A DNA stretch of 64,000 nt, taken from contig CBDEFQ010000006.1 in the NCBI GenBank assembly GCA_965237485.1, positions 13,407 to 77,406 on the forward strand. Direction: 5' to 3'. The DNA comes from Candidatus Poriferihabitaceae bacterium. GTDB taxonomy: Bacteria; Pseudomonadota; Gammaproteobacteria; Arenicellales; Poriferihabitantaceae. Below, in pieces: positions 41,215-51,464 of the stretch. Under the pieces are notes generated by a model. It had not been told where the DNA came from. It was given only the letters and a program-made list of their open reading frames with translations, and searched no databases. Within the stretch, counting starts at the first letter, position 1; each line of letters starts with the position of its first letter. Position numbers and translations under genes: made by a program.

Positions 41215-42072
41215 ATGCAATTACCCATTACCTTTGCAATATTGAGCTTGGCTTTTGCTGGCTTAAATGATGTTGTTTTTAAACGCTATAACCTTGTAGA
41301 GCGTTCACGGGGGGTGATGATCTGTGCAACCGGTGTTGTTTGGATGATATTAGTGCTCTTGGATATGGCGCTGAGCGAAACTAAAGTAAACTTTGTAGTG
41401 AGAACCTTACCCTATCTGATCGGCGCGAGTTTACTACTTGCGGTGGCCAATATTTTGTTGCTTGAGTCCTTGCGGCATTTAGAAGTTAGCTTGGGCGCAA
41501 CAATTTATCGGCTAAATACGATAGGTGTGGTGGTTTTATCGGTGTTGTTATTGGGCGAATCACTTTCGTTTTACAAGCTACTCGGTATTGCATTTGGTGT
41601 TGCCGCAGCACTTGTCTTATATCGGCCTTTTGGAACTAAGGCTAATTCACCACATGCCCATTTAGGGCTAATTGTAGTGTTGATTGCTGCTTTGTTTCGA
41701 GCTGGGTATGCAATTGTAACTAAGGCAGGCTTGATCTTGGGAGTCGATCAAAACACTTTAGTTTTAGTTTCGGCGCTTTGCTGGGTGCTGGGTGGATTAA
41801 TCTACGCAATGATAATTGAAAGGCGATTTTCGATTGCGAAAGCAGAAGTATTATATGCCTTAGTGTCTGGAACCTTGGTCTATTTAATTATAAAAACATT
41901 GGTTTTGGCACTTTCGCTTGGTGAGGCTAGCGTTGTTATTACAATAGCTAATATGAGCTTCGTAATGGCATTTGTTACAGCGGTGCTACTGAAAATGGAA
42001 AGATTTGATTGGCGTAAACTGGGCGCGCTCAGTTTTGCTATTGTCGCAATTGTCTTGCTGTCAAACTCCTAA
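41215..42072 (+). CDS. EamA/DMT-superfamily transporter
   Basis: 285 aa with about 10 predicted TM helices in the two-EamA-repeat architecture. Confidence 0.75.
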   Translation: MQLPITFAILSLAFAGLNDVVFKRYNLVERSRGVMICATGVVWMILVLLDMALSETKVNFVVRTLPYLIGASLLLAVANILLLESLRHLEVSLGATIYRLNTIGVVVLSVLLLGESLSFYKLLGIAFGVAAALVLYRPFGTKANSPHAHLGLIVVLIAALFRAGYAIVTKAGLILGVDQNTLVLVSALCWVLGGLIYAMIIERRFSIAKAEVLYALVSGTLVYLIIKTLVLALSLGEASVVITIANMSFVMAFVTAVLLKMERFDWRKLGALSFAIVAIVLLSNS

Positions 42073-42196
42073 TGATTGCTGTAAATTTGCAGTATCAATA
42101 GCCTTTGAAGCTTTAACCTAAAAAACGCAGTTAAAGCCTCTCCAATGAGGCCAACATAAACAACCCTTCCATCGTCGCTACTGCCTCCGAGACACT

Positions 42197-43747
42197 TTAG
42201 CCAAGTAAACAGCGGTCATCTGGCGGTTGAAGAATCGTTCCACCAAGATATTTCTTCATCGCCTCGCTTAGAATGCGGCACCAAACTTGCGCCACGCTCA
42301 ACTGCGGCGCAATCGCCTTCAATGAATTAAAGACGTGTTGTATTTGGTCAAACGTGTCGCGAATTAAGTCGGCCTTGGCGTGCGTGCTAGTAATCGTCAT
42401 AGTCTTTTTCCGCCCCGATTCAGTAACGCGCCCCACCGAACTCAGTAATAGCGGTCGACTAGTAATCGCTTCCATATGTTTGTCTGGGTTAGCCAGCCTA
42501 GTGAATATATTCCACCCGTTATAAATCAAGGCAATGATCCGCGCTATAAAGCGACAGGGCTTGATATCGGCGGTAGTAAACCCGCCCCAACCCCAATGGT
42601 TCTTGATTTCATCAAAATTGTTTTCGCAGTCGGCTCGATCTCGATAATGTTGGACGATGCTAATCACCTCATCGTCTAATGAGGTGACCAGAACAGCGTA
42701 TTCAAACGCGCGAATATCATCCGCTTCTTGCAAAAAACCAAAGCTCTGCTGGCCTTGACTTTTCTCTTCCAATACCAGCAGCGCGTCCTTTGCTAAACGA
42801 CGACGAACGATTATCACGCGCCGATGATCGTTCCACGCAGCCAACTTCAAACAACTTTCTTTGGCTTCCCAGCCATCGATAACATAATCCCAGCCCGACA
42901 CGCTATGCTGCTGCTGTATCAGTTGCTTAACGTACTTAGACTTCCTTAGCTTAAACAAGTAATTGACGCCTCTTTGTTCTGCAGCGCTCATCACATCCTG
43001 GGTACCCCAGTCACAATCGCCTCGAATAAAGTGCGGCCAAGATGAACGTGGCAATCGATCCAACAGCTCCCATAGACCCGGCGAAGAATGACTAGCAGCT
43101 ACCTCAGTGCCAGACTTGACCTCAACATCCAATACAAGACGAAGATTGGCAATCATATAGGTGTGATACGTGTGCGAGGGCCGGCCAGGTTTGTGTGGAT
43201 TATAGCCAACCTTGGCACCTTCTTGATGACCGTATAGCGGTTTAACCGTTACGTCACAATCCAATATCCATGGCTGTGTGAGCAAGGGCTCGTAGCAACG
43301 TTGCAAATGAGTTTGTAGCCAGGCTATACCTTGTTCCTCATCCATCTTCTTCAGCGCACGGCGCGCCGAATCGTCGCTAACCGCTTTGGTCATTCCAAGC
43401 ATTTTGGTGTTGATACGATCGCCCATTAAGCTGGCCATGTGTGCGTAGCGATTGTGATCCGAGAGAACAGACAACAAAAATGAGCCCAACACATTGATCT
43501 TCTCAGGTGCGTTATTGCTTCGATATTCCAATGGGCAACTGCTCACCCATGGCTTAAACAGACCACCAAGTTTTAAATATTGAATGAAAAAAGGCAACGG
43601 TCCTATGGGCGTTACTGCCGCTGACGGGTCCCATTCAACGTGAATTTTTCCATCGAACGTTTCAGTCGATAATAAGGTGGAAACAGCGTTTGAAACCTCC
43701 GGTTTTAGCGCACCCTCTGGGTGAAAGGATTTATCTTTGGCGACCAT
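42197..43747 (-). CDS. DDE transposase, IS1380/IS4-like
   Basis: 516 aa with ...GAKVGYNPHKPGRPSHTYHTYMI...IRGDCDWG...DRADCENNFDEIKNHWGWGGF. I could not define the element ends reliably; they are roughly 42135-43935. Confidence 0.7.
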   Translation of the reverse strand: MVAKDKSFHPEGALKPEVSNAVSTLLSTETFDGKIHVEWDPSAAVTPIGPLPFFIQYLKLGGLFKPWVSSCPLEYRSNNAPEKINVLGSFLLSVLSDHNRYAHMASLMGDRINTKMLGMTKAVSDDSARRALKKMDEEQGIAWLQTHLQRCYEPLLTQPWILDCDVTVKPLYGHQEGAKVGYNPHKPGRPSHTYHTYMIANLRLVLDVEVKSGTEVAASHSSPGLWELLDRLPRSSWPHFIRGDCDWGTQDVMSAAEQRGVNYLFKLRKSKYVKQLIQQQHSVSGWDYVIDGWEAKESCLKLAAWNDHRRVIIVRRRLAKDALLVLEEKSQGQQSFGFLQEADDIRAFEYAVLVTSLDDEVISIVQHYRDRADCENNFDEIKNHWGWGGFTTADIKPCRFIARIIALIYNGWNIFTRLANPDKHMEAITSRPLLLSSVGRVTESGRKKTMTITSTHAKADLIRDTFDQIQHVFNSLKAIAPQLSVAQVWCRILSEAMKKYLGGTILQPPDDRCLLG

Positions 43748-44061
43748 GGTGTTTCTCCTTTTAATTCAATTGATTGCAACGATAATACATCCGTTAGTGG
43801 AGGTTCAACTGATTTTTCTAGGTTTATGCCGTAATTAGAATTTGCCGACACTAGAGAATTTGTACTGCTGAACCCACCAACAGTGAGCACTGGAAGGAAA
43901 TTGTATATGAAGCGGCGGCGGCCATAAGATTTGTCCATAATGAATTACATTTTATTGGGTTCATAGGTTTAGAAAACCAGTCCCCGCTAGAGTTCCCTTA
44001 CTTGCTACTTAGGCTATTAAAACCCCTAAGGTCTGCGTACAATAGCCGCCTTGTTTATTTA

Positions 44062-44667
44062 ATGCAAAAAACCGTGACAAAGCGCAGCGCTACTGTACAG
44101 CGAAACACCAACGAAACCCAAATTGAGGTATCCATTGATTTAGATGGGTCTGGCAAGGCTGACTTTACTACTGGGGTGCCTTTTTTAGATCACATGCTTG
44201 ATCAGATTGCACGTCATGGCTTAGTTGACTTGAAAGTGCATGCAGTAGGTGATTTGCAAATCGATTGCCACCACACAGTTGAAGATATCGGCATTACGCT
44301 GGGACAGGCGGTCACCAAAGTGCTGGGTGATAAAAAAGGTATCACTCGTTATGGGCATGCCTATGTACCTCTTGATGAGGCACTAAGCCGTGTGGTTGTA
44401 GATTTTTCAGGTCGGCCATTATTGGTCGAAGACGTCAAGTACACCAGCAAGAGCATCGGCAGCTTTGAGACTGAATTAGTACATGAGTTTTTCCAAGGCT
44501 TTGCCAATCACGCGCTGGCGACGGTTCACATCGACAATTTGAAAGGCCACAATTCGCATCATATTGTTGAAACTATTTTTAAGGCTTTTAGCAGAGCGTT
44601 TCGTATGGCGGTGACGGTGGATGAACGTGTAGGCGGTACGATCCCTTCTACTAAAGGCGCGCTTTAA
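44062..44667 (+). CDS. hisB: Imidazoleglycerol-phosphate dehydratase HisB
   Basis: Carries [21 protein letters not shown] and [15 protein letters not shown]. The ATG at 44062 is preferred over the TTG-extended track start. Confidence 0.93.
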   Translation: MQKTVTKRSATVQRNTNETQIEVSIDLDGSGKADFTTGVPFLDHMLDQIARHGLVDLKVHAVGDLQIDCHHTVEDIGITLGQAVTKVLGDKKGITRYGHAYVPLDEALSRVVVDFSGRPLLVEDVKYTSKSIGSFETELVHEFFQGFANHALATVHIDNLKGHNSHHIVETIFKAFSRAFRMAVTVDERVGGTIPSTKGAL

Positions 44668-44678
44668 GGGCTTTCAAA

Positions 44679-45314
44679 ATGGCTAGCATTGCAGTCCTAG
44701 ATTTAGGGTCTGGGAACCTACATTCTGTTGCTAAAGCGGTAGAGTTTATTGCGCCAGATAGAGACGTAATTATAACCAACGATTCAAAACAAATTCTAGC
44801 CGCTGAGCGCGTAGTATTGCCCGGGCAGGGGGCTATTGGTACTTGGATGAATCAAGTTAATCAAGGTGAGTTGCGGCCCGTCATTGACGAAGTTATAGCC
44901 AACAAGCCATTGCTTGGTATATGTGTGGGTATGCAAGCACTGTTTGAACGTAGCGAAGAAGATGGCGGAACGAATTCTTTAAGCCTAATATCTGGACAGG
45001 TTAAGCGTTTCGCGGATGGCGTGACCGAAAATGAACATGTTTTAACCATTCCGCAAATGGGTTGGAATGAAGTATGGCAAAGTGTAAATCATCCTTTATG
45101 GAAGGATATTACCGACGGTGCACGCTTTTATTTTGCCAATAGTTATTATGGCGTTTGTGAAGATACGTCACAAGAGGCAGGGCACAGTCATTATGGTGTG
45201 AATTTCACCGCGGCGGCGGTGCACAACAATGTGTTTGCGGTGCAGTTTCACCCTGAAAAAAGCCAACAAGCGGGCCTGCAGCTGTTTAGGAATTTTATTA
45301 ATTGGCAGCCTTAG
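44679..45314 (+). CDS. hisH: Imidazole glycerol phosphate synthase glutaminase subunit HisH
   Basis: 211 aa with LGICVGMQ and QFHPEKS, the class I amidotransferase triad. Confidence 0.93.
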   Translation: MASIAVLDLGSGNLHSVAKAVEFIAPDRDVIITNDSKQILAAERVVLPGQGAIGTWMNQVNQGELRPVIDEVIANKPLLGICVGMQALFERSEEDGGTNSLSLISGQVKRFADGVTENEHVLTIPQMGWNEVWQSVNHPLWKDITDGARFYFANSYYGVCEDTSQEAGHSHYGVNFTAAAVHNNVFAVQFHPEKSQQAGLQLFRNFINWQP

Positions 45315-45332
45315 CCAAGTACAATTTAGACG

Positions 45333-46082
45333 ATGATACTTATTCCTGCCATTGATTTAATTGACGGCCAAGCCGTGCGATTGCGACAAGGCGACTACAG
45401 CGACTCTACGGTGTTTTCTCCTGACCCGGTTGCGGTTGCAGGTCGCTGGGTCGCACAAGGGGCACGGCGTTTGCATATAGTTGACCTAGACGGCGCAAAA
45501 GCCGGTGAGCCGGTCAATGCGGACATCGTTAAGCAAATTTGCTTAAAACACCCTCAATTGCCTGTGCAAATTGGTGGCGGTATCCGAAAGCCAGAAACTG
45601 TAAAAGCGTATTTAGAGGCAGGAGTGAGTTATGTCATTATCGGCACAAAGGCGGTCGATGAACCAACTTTTATCACCCAGTTGTGCGCCGAATTTGGCGG
45701 TGAGCATATTATCGTAGGCTTAGATGCCAAAGGGGATAAAGTGGCGACGCAAGGCTGGCTGAACGAAACAGACCTGACCTTGGTTGAGTTAGCGCGCCAA
45801 TTCGAAAACGAGGGTATCAGTTCGATTATTTACACTGATATCGCTCGTGATGGTATGTTGCAAGGCGCAAATTCCAGTAACATAAACAAGCTTGCCGTGG
45901 CGGTATCCATACCTGTTATTGCGGCGGGTGGGGTGCATCAATTAACCGATTTAGAACAGTTGGCCATTGAAACTGACGGTAAACTGGCGGGCGTCATTAC
46001 CGGCAGGGCTATTTACGAAGGCACCTTAGATTTTGCTCAAGGCCAACAGTTGTTAGATGACCTGTACGGGGGCAACGCCTAA
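45333..46082 (+). CDS. hisA: ProFAR isomerase HisA
   Basis: 249 aa with [17 protein letters not shown]. It is flanked by hisH and hisF. Confidence 0.93.
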   Translation: MILIPAIDLIDGQAVRLRQGDYSDSTVFSPDPVAVAGRWVAQGARRLHIVDLDGAKAGEPVNADIVKQICLKHPQLPVQIGGGIRKPETVKAYLEAGVSYVIIGTKAVDEPTFITQLCAEFGGEHIIVGLDAKGDKVATQGWLNETDLTLVELARQFENEGISSIIYTDIARDGMLQGANSSNINKLAVAVSIPVIAAGGVHQLTDLEQLAIETDGKLAGVITGRAIYEGTLDFAQGQQLLDDLYGGNA

Positions 46083-46855
46083 TGGGTTTGGCGCGTAGAA
46101 TTATCCCCTGCCTTGATGTCGATGCAGGGCGTGTGGTCAAAGGCGTGCAGTTCGTGGATATCCGTGATGCAGGTGACCCGGTTGAAGTGGCAAAGCGCTA
46201 TGATGATCAAGGCGCCGATGAAATTACCTTTTTAGATATCACCGCAAGCTCGGATGGGCGCAATACCATGGTGAACATGGTGCAAGATGTGGCCAGTCAG
46301 GTTTTTATTCCGCTTACTGTGGGCGGTGGAATTCGTGAACTAGACGATATTCACCGACTGTTGCGCGCGGGAGCCGATAAGGTGGGGGTAAATACGACGG
46401 CAGTTTTCAAGCCCGAGTTTATAACGCAGGCGAGCAAACATTTTGGTAATCAGTGTATTGTAGTTTCGATCGACGCTAAAACGGTATCGCTTGAAGGCGA
46501 AGCACCGCGCTGGGAGATTTTTACCCATGGTGGCCGTAAACCAACAGGTATTGATGCGATTGAATGGGCCAAGAAAATGCAAGACAATGGCGCAGGCGAA
46601 ATATTATTGACCAGTATGGACAAAGACGGCACTAAAAGCGGTTTCAACTTGGGTTTAACCCGAGCGGTAGTTGATGCAGTGGGTATTCCTGTGATTGCCT
46701 CTGGGGGTGTTGGGAATTTGCAGCACCTTGTAGATGGGGTTAAAGTAGCCGGCGCCGATGCTGTTTTAGCCGCGAGTATCTTCCACTTTGGCGAATACAC
46801 CGTACTAGAGGCTAAACAAGCGATGGCTAAAGCCGGCATTGAGGTACGCCTATGA
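46082..46855 (+). CDS. hisF: Imidazole glycerol phosphate synthase cyclase subunit HisF
   Basis: 257 aa with [16 protein letters not shown] and IASGG. Confidence 0.95.
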   Translation: MGLARRIIPCLDVDAGRVVKGVQFVDIRDAGDPVEVAKRYDDQGADEITFLDITASSDGRNTMVNMVQDVASQVFIPLTVGGGIRELDDIHRLLRAGADKVGVNTTAVFKPEFITQASKHFGNQCIVVSIDAKTVSLEGEAPRWEIFTHGGRKPTGIDAIEWAKKMQDNGAGEILLTSMDKDGTKSGFNLGLTRAVVDAVGIPVIASGGVGNLQHLVDGVKVAGADAVLAASIFHFGEYTVLEAKQAMAKAGIEVRL

Positions 46856-47259
46856 GCACCGACCAACAGTGGTTGGATCAGATTAAGTGGGATGACCAAG
46901 GCTTGGTGCCGGCAATTACACAAGAAGCTGGCAGTGGAAAAGTGTTGATGATGGCCTGGATGAATCGTGAAGCATTGGCTCTCACTGTTCGAGAAAATCG
47001 GGCAATTTACTATTCGCGCTCGCGTAAAAAGCTATGGCGTAAAGGCGAAGAGTCGGGACATGTGCAGCGGCTCAAAGAGCTGCGTTTAGACTGCGATAAT
47101 GATGTAATCTTGATGCAGGTAGAGCAGCTAGGCGGCATCGCCTGCCATACTGGCCGCCATCGTTGTTTTTATCAGCAATGGGTGAACGGTGAGTGGCAAA
47201 CTATAGAACCTATACTTAAAAGCAGTGACGAAATCTACGGGGGCCAAAACGATGACTGA
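46852..47259 (+). CDS. hisI: Phosphoribosyl-AMP cyclohydrolase HisI
   Basis: 135 aa, monofunctional, with [28 protein letters not shown]. Confidence 0.9.
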   Translation: MSTDQQWLDQIKWDDQGLVPAITQEAGSGKVLMMAWMNREALALTVRENRAIYYSRSRKKLWRKGEESGHVQRLKELRLDCDNDVILMQVEQLGGIACHTGRHRCFYQQWVNGEWQTIEPILKSSDEIYGGQNDD

Positions 47260-47575
47260 TTCCATATTAAAAGCGCTGGACGCGGTAATTGAGCAGCGAA
47301 AAACGCAAAGTGCTGATGATTCTTATGTGGCTTCATTATTTTCCGCGGGCCTAGAAAAAATCCAAAAAAAAGTAGGCGAAGAAGCCATAGAAACCATATT
47401 GGCTGCAGAAAATGGTGATGATAAAGCCCTAATTTCTGAGGTTTCGGACTTGTGGTTTCATAGTTTGGTCTTACTTTCTAGTAGAGGTTTGAGTTCTAGC
47501 CAAGTTTTGCAGGAACTCGAACGACGTTTCGGTCTATCTGGGCTCGAAGAAAAAGCGTCAAGACATAAGTCTTAA
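47252..47575 (+). CDS. hisE: Phosphoribosyl-ATP pyrophosphatase HisE
   Basis: The ATG at 47252 overlaps the hisI stop as ATGACTGA. It has SYVASLF...KKVGEEAIE...[11 protein letters not shown]. Confidence 0.88.
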   Translation: MTDSILKALDAVIEQRKTQSADDSYVASLFSAGLEKIQKKVGEEAIETILAAENGDDKALISEVSDLWFHSLVLLSSRGLSSSQVLQELERRFGLSGLEEKASRHKS

Positions 47576-47661
47576 AATTGAGCAGGTTGCTAAAGTCTGA
47601 TTGTGAGAGCAGTTTATAGACGGTAGAATGCGCGAAACAGTAATAATTAAGAGGTAGAAAC

Positions 47662-47913
47662 ATGGGTTTAGGCGGTATTGGCATTTGGCAATTGGTGATC
47701 ATTTTGGTGATCGTAGTACTAATCTTCGGCACTAAGAAATTAAAGAATATGGGCGGTGACATCGGTGGTGCTGTGAAAAACTTCAAGACAGCAGTTAAAG
47801 ACGAAAAGGGAGAAGCTGAAGCCAACGCCAACGCTGAAAAAGTAGCCGATGATGTTGCTGAAAAAGCGGAGGATGTAGCGCAAGAAGTTAAGGACACGGC
47901 CGATAAAGTTTGA
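47662..47913 (+). CDS. tatA: Twin-arginine translocase subunit TatA
   Basis: 83 aa with [31 protein letters not shown]. Confidence 0.92.
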   Translation: MGLGGIGIWQLVIILVIVVLIFGTKKLKNMGGDIGGAVKNFKTAVKDEKGEAEANANAEKVADDVAEKAEDVAQEVKDTADKV

Positions 47914-47951
47914 ACCCGTTCTAAGTACTCCTTTAACCGGAGGATTAAACC

Positions 47952-48512
47952 TTGTTTACCGACGTAGGTTTTTGGGAAATGGCGGTGATTGGTGTGATGG
48001 CCTTGATCGTGCTCGGCCCAGAGCGCTTGCCTGGTGCAGCGCGCGCTGCAGGGAAATGGGTAGGTAAAGCGCGTCGAATGATGGGTGATATGAAGCGCGA
48101 CATTAAAGCCGAGCTGGATGCATCTGAAATGGATACGCTTAAAGACATTGGTAAGGATATTAAAGAAGCAGGCTCAGCATTTAAATCGCAAGTTGAAAAT
48201 GCTGGCGATCAAATGCAGGCAGGACTTAATAAAGAAACCTCGGTGATGGATAGTGCGATCGCAGATGCGCTGGGTAAAGAAAAACCGGTAGCTCCATTGA
48301 AAAAGAAGACCGTGGCTAAAAAGGCAACGGCTAAAAAACCTGCAACTAAAAAGAAGGTGTCTACAAAAAAGAAAGCAACTAATAAAGCTGCAGCCCCTAA
48401 AAAGAAAGCAAGTGCGCGATCGACCACTACCGCCACCAAGACGGTGAAAAAGGCGAAAATAACTTCTAGGGCCAAAGTCACTACTAAGGCCAAAGCCTCA
48501 ACCAAGGCTTAG
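47952..48512 (+). CDS. tatB: Twin-arginine translocase subunit TatB with a long Lys/Ala/Thr-rich tail
   Basis: Starts at TTG with a GGAGGA Shine-Dalgarno sequence 9 nt upstream. The N-terminus is MFTDVGFWEMAVIGVMALIVLGPERLP. Confidence 0.88.
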   Translation: MFTDVGFWEMAVIGVMALIVLGPERLPGAARAAGKWVGKARRMMGDMKRDIKAELDASEMDTLKDIGKDIKEAGSAFKSQVENAGDQMQAGLNKETSVMDSAIADALGKEKPVAPLKKKTVAKKATAKKPATKKKVSTKKKATNKAAAPKKKASARSTTTATKTVKKAKITSRAKVTTKAKASTKA

Positions 48513-48523
48513 TTGATAAGGCC

Positions 48524-49363
48524 ATGGGCATAAAAAAGGCAGCGGAAGGGTCCTTGTTCTCGCACTTGTTAGAGTTGCGTGACCGCCTTTTGCGTGTAGT
48601 CGGGGTAGTCGGAATTTTATTTGTCCCCTGTGCTTTTTTTGCCAGTGAACTTTATGAATTCATCGCCAAGCCCTTGATGGAATCCTTGCCACAAGGTAAT
48701 TCGATGATCGCCACCGAACCACACGCCCCATTCTTTGTACCGTTTAAATTTGCTATTGCTGTGGCGTTTGCCCTGTCTATACCGCATACGCTGTATCAGC
48801 TGTGGGCGTTTGTGGCGCCGGGCCTGTATAAGCATGAAAAGCGCTTGGCATATCCGATCTTAATTTCCAGCACCTTACTATTTTATCTGGGCATTGTTTT
48901 CGCCTATTTCGTGGTATTCCCGTTGGTTTTTGGCTTTTTTGCTAAGGTGATTCCTGATGGCGTCTTGATGATGACCGACATAGGCTCCTATTTGAGTTTT
49001 GTGATTAAATTATTCTTTGCTTTTGGTTTGGCATTTGAGGTGCCAGTGGCCACAGTAATTTTGGTGAAAATGGGCATCACCACACCCGACAAATTGGCCG
49101 AAAAGAGGGCCTACATTATTATCGCAGCCTTTGTTTTGGGTATGTTGCTTACTCCTCCAGATATATTTTCGCAAACTTTACTTGCCATCCCGGTTTGGTT
49201 GTTGTTTGAACTTGGCTTATTTGCTGCAAGGCGAATTAAGCCAACCCCAATCGACGAAATAGAAGCTGAGCAAGCCGAGAGCGAATTTGATATGGACGCT
49301 GAAATGCAAACGGCAGAAGATCAAATTTCTGCATTAGATACAAAGCAAGACCCCGGCCCTTAG
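48524..49363 (+). CDS. tatC: Twin-arginine translocase subunit TatC
   Basis: 279 aa with six TM helices and HLLELRDRLL at the N-terminus. Confidence 0.93.
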   Translation: MGIKKAAEGSLFSHLLELRDRLLRVVGVVGILFVPCAFFASELYEFIAKPLMESLPQGNSMIATEPHAPFFVPFKFAIAVAFALSIPHTLYQLWAFVAPGLYKHEKRLAYPILISSTLLFYLGIVFAYFVVFPLVFGFFAKVIPDGVLMMTDIGSYLSFVIKLFFAFGLAFEVPVATVILVKMGITTPDKLAEKRAYIIIAAFVLGMLLTPPDIFSQTLLAIPVWLLFELGLFAARRIKPTPIDEIEAEQAESEFDMDAEMQTAEDQISALDTKQDPGP

Positions 49364-49445
49364 CAAGGCAAATTTCGGCAGGGCTTGGTGAACCTGAACT
49401 AAGTACAACGGCTTTGGTCGAATTACTTTCAATCACGCCACGCCG

Positions 49446-51350
49446 ATGTTTATGTCAATACAGATACCAAAAAACAGAGCGCGGCTTGTTCTTCGGTCTT
49501 GTCTATTGGCCTTATTATGCATTCAATACAATAGTGTTTTAGCACAGGACACTTCATCAGTTGGCGTACTCAGCAATCAATTAGCAGATAATCCCTCACC
49601 CTATTTGGCACTCCACGGTAGCGATCCAGTGGCTTGGCAAGAGTGGGGCGAGGCGGCGCTAGCGCGCGCTAAGAAAGAAAATAAGCCCTTGTTCATCTCT
49701 AGTGGGTATTTTTCTTGTCACTGGTGTCATGTAATGCAGGCCGAGAGTTACAAAAATGAGGTAGTTGCAAAGTTACTAAATGATTTTTTCATTCCGGTAA
49801 AAATTGACCGCGAACTAGAATCTGCTTTAGATCAACGCTTGATGAATTACGCTCAAGCTACATTAAAAAGAGGAGGGTGGCCGCTTAATGTATTTCTGTC
49901 ACCCGATGGCTTGCCACTTTATGCAGTGCTTTATCAGCCGCGTGAGCAATTTCAAAACATCCTACTTAAGTTAACCGAAGCTTGGGTAGGTAATAGTGCA
50001 CGCATCAGGGAATTGGCACTAAAAGAAAAGGAGATAACTCAATTTCCCGACTCTAAGCCTAAGCTAGACGCCCCCAATGTGCAGAATTTAGTCGATGCAA
50101 CGATAAACCATATTTTAAGCCGAGCAGATAGTTTGCAAGGTGGTTTTGGTTCTTCGAATAAATTTCCGTCGACGCCTCAGTTGTTTTTTTTGCTGGACCA
50201 GCAGCGCGCATTTAGAAGTAAACAAGTAGATAAGTTTTTAAGCTTGACGCTGGATGCCATGGCGTATAACGGCATGATGGACCAATTGAGCGGTGGGTTT
50301 TATCGTTATAGCGTTGATCCAGCTTGGGAAATTCCGCATTTCGAAAAAATGTTATATGACAATGCGAATTTGGCGCGCTTATATCTACACGCAGGCCAAA
50401 TTATGAACCAGCCAGCGTACACCGCGATAGCGATTAGAACCTTGGACTTTATGATCGCGAGCATGGCGGGTAAAAACGGCGCTTTGGTAGCGGCATTTTC
50501 GGCAGTGGATAGTGATTCAATCGAAGGTGGTTATTACTTGTGGACGCCAAAAGAACTGGCTAGTTTGTTAAGTGACCAACAGCTGACCGTGTACAATCTG
50601 GCATGGAATATGGACCGCCCTAGTGAGTTAGAAGCAGGTAATCATATGCGTGATCTAAGGCCCGTCACTGAGATTGCGAAATTACTGAAATTGCCACCAG
50701 GCAAAACGCGTTCAACACTTACCCAAGCGCATGAACGGTTGCTCCTAGCACGTTCAAAGCGAACGCTACCAGTAGATGATAAATTTTTGGCGGGGTGGAA
50801 CGGACTAGCGCTTACGGTGTTTTCAGAAGCGGCAGCTTTATTAGATAGAGCAGATTATCAGCTTCAAGCCGATAAAATTAAGCACTTTATTACGACTACA
50901 TTATGGGATGGCAGGCAGTTAACGCGGGGATTTTCTAAAGGGCAACATGTAGGAAGTGCCGCTATCGAGGACTATGCTTATGTGGCTCAAGGTTTGCTAG
51001 CTTATGCGAATGTAAGCGAAGAGCAACAAGATTACGAACAATTAGATGCCGTGTTGGCGCAAGCGTGGAGCCGTTTTTACCACCATAATGCATGGAGCCG
51101 AGCAGATGGTTCTTTATTGCCAGCGCAAGACGGCGAGGAAATCATGCAGGAAGGCTCTAGTGCTTCTCCTGCTGCCGTTATTATGCAAACTTCGTTGGCC
51201 TTAGCAACGAAAAAACCCGAATTAGGCGCGCAGTATCAAAATAAGTCCTTATCGGCACTCAATCGCGCGCAGACTCAAATTACTCAAGCGCCTTTTTGGT
51301 TCGCAACGCAAGTTAGCGCGATGCATGAAGCAATCTCATATTCTAACTAA
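49446..51350 (+). CDS. Secreted thioredoxin-domain (DUF255/YyaL-like) protein
   Basis: 634 aa with a signal peptide. It has the thioredoxin-fold motif SGYFSCHWCHVM followed by a long alpha/alpha-toroid-like C-terminal region. Confidence 0.8.
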   Translation: MFMSIQIPKNRARLVLRSCLLALLCIQYNSVLAQDTSSVGVLSNQLADNPSPYLALHGSDPVAWQEWGEAALARAKKENKPLFISSGYFSCHWCHVMQAESYKNEVVAKLLNDFFIPVKIDRELESALDQRLMNYAQATLKRGGWPLNVFLSPDGLPLYAVLYQPREQFQNILLKLTEAWVGNSARIRELALKEKEITQFPDSKPKLDAPNVQNLVDATINHILSRADSLQGGFGSSNKFPSTPQLFFLLDQQRAFRSKQVDKFLSLTLDAMAYNGMMDQLSGGFYRYSVDPAWEIPHFEKMLYDNANLARLYLHAGQIMNQPAYTAIAIRTLDFMIASMAGKNGALVAAFSAVDSDSIEGGYYLWTPKELASLLSDQQLTVYNLAWNMDRPSELEAGNHMRDLRPVTEIAKLLKLPPGKTRSTLTQAHERLLLARSKRTLPVDDKFLAGWNGLALTVFSEAAALLDRADYQLQADKIKHFITTTLWDGRQLTRGFSKGQHVGSAAIEDYAYVAQGLLAYANVSEEQQDYEQLDAVLAQAWSRFYHHNAWSRADGSLLPAQDGEEIMQEGSSASPAAVIMQTSLALATKKPELGAQYQNKSLSALNRAQTQITQAPFWFATQVSAMHEAISYSN

Positions 51351-51464
51351 AAATTAAACTTGATAAGCACGTGGTGGTAAATTCGTTTTTTAATGTAGTA
51401 TTGAGCTTGAGATCGAAACGCTATCGGTTAGACTATTCGCCTCTAATCATTTGTTGCTTAAGCG

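Noticed and set aside
43705-43938. A 77-aa minus-strand ORF upstream of the IS1380-like transposase.
   Set aside because: It overlaps the transposase start and lies within the presumed IS end region, with no motif support.
46340-48505. Antisense ORFs over hisF (46450-46923), tatA (47496-47897) and the tatB tail (48209-48505).
   Set aside because: They lie opposite strongly supported genes. The tatB-tail ORF simply mirrors low-complexity AAG/GCN-rich sequence.
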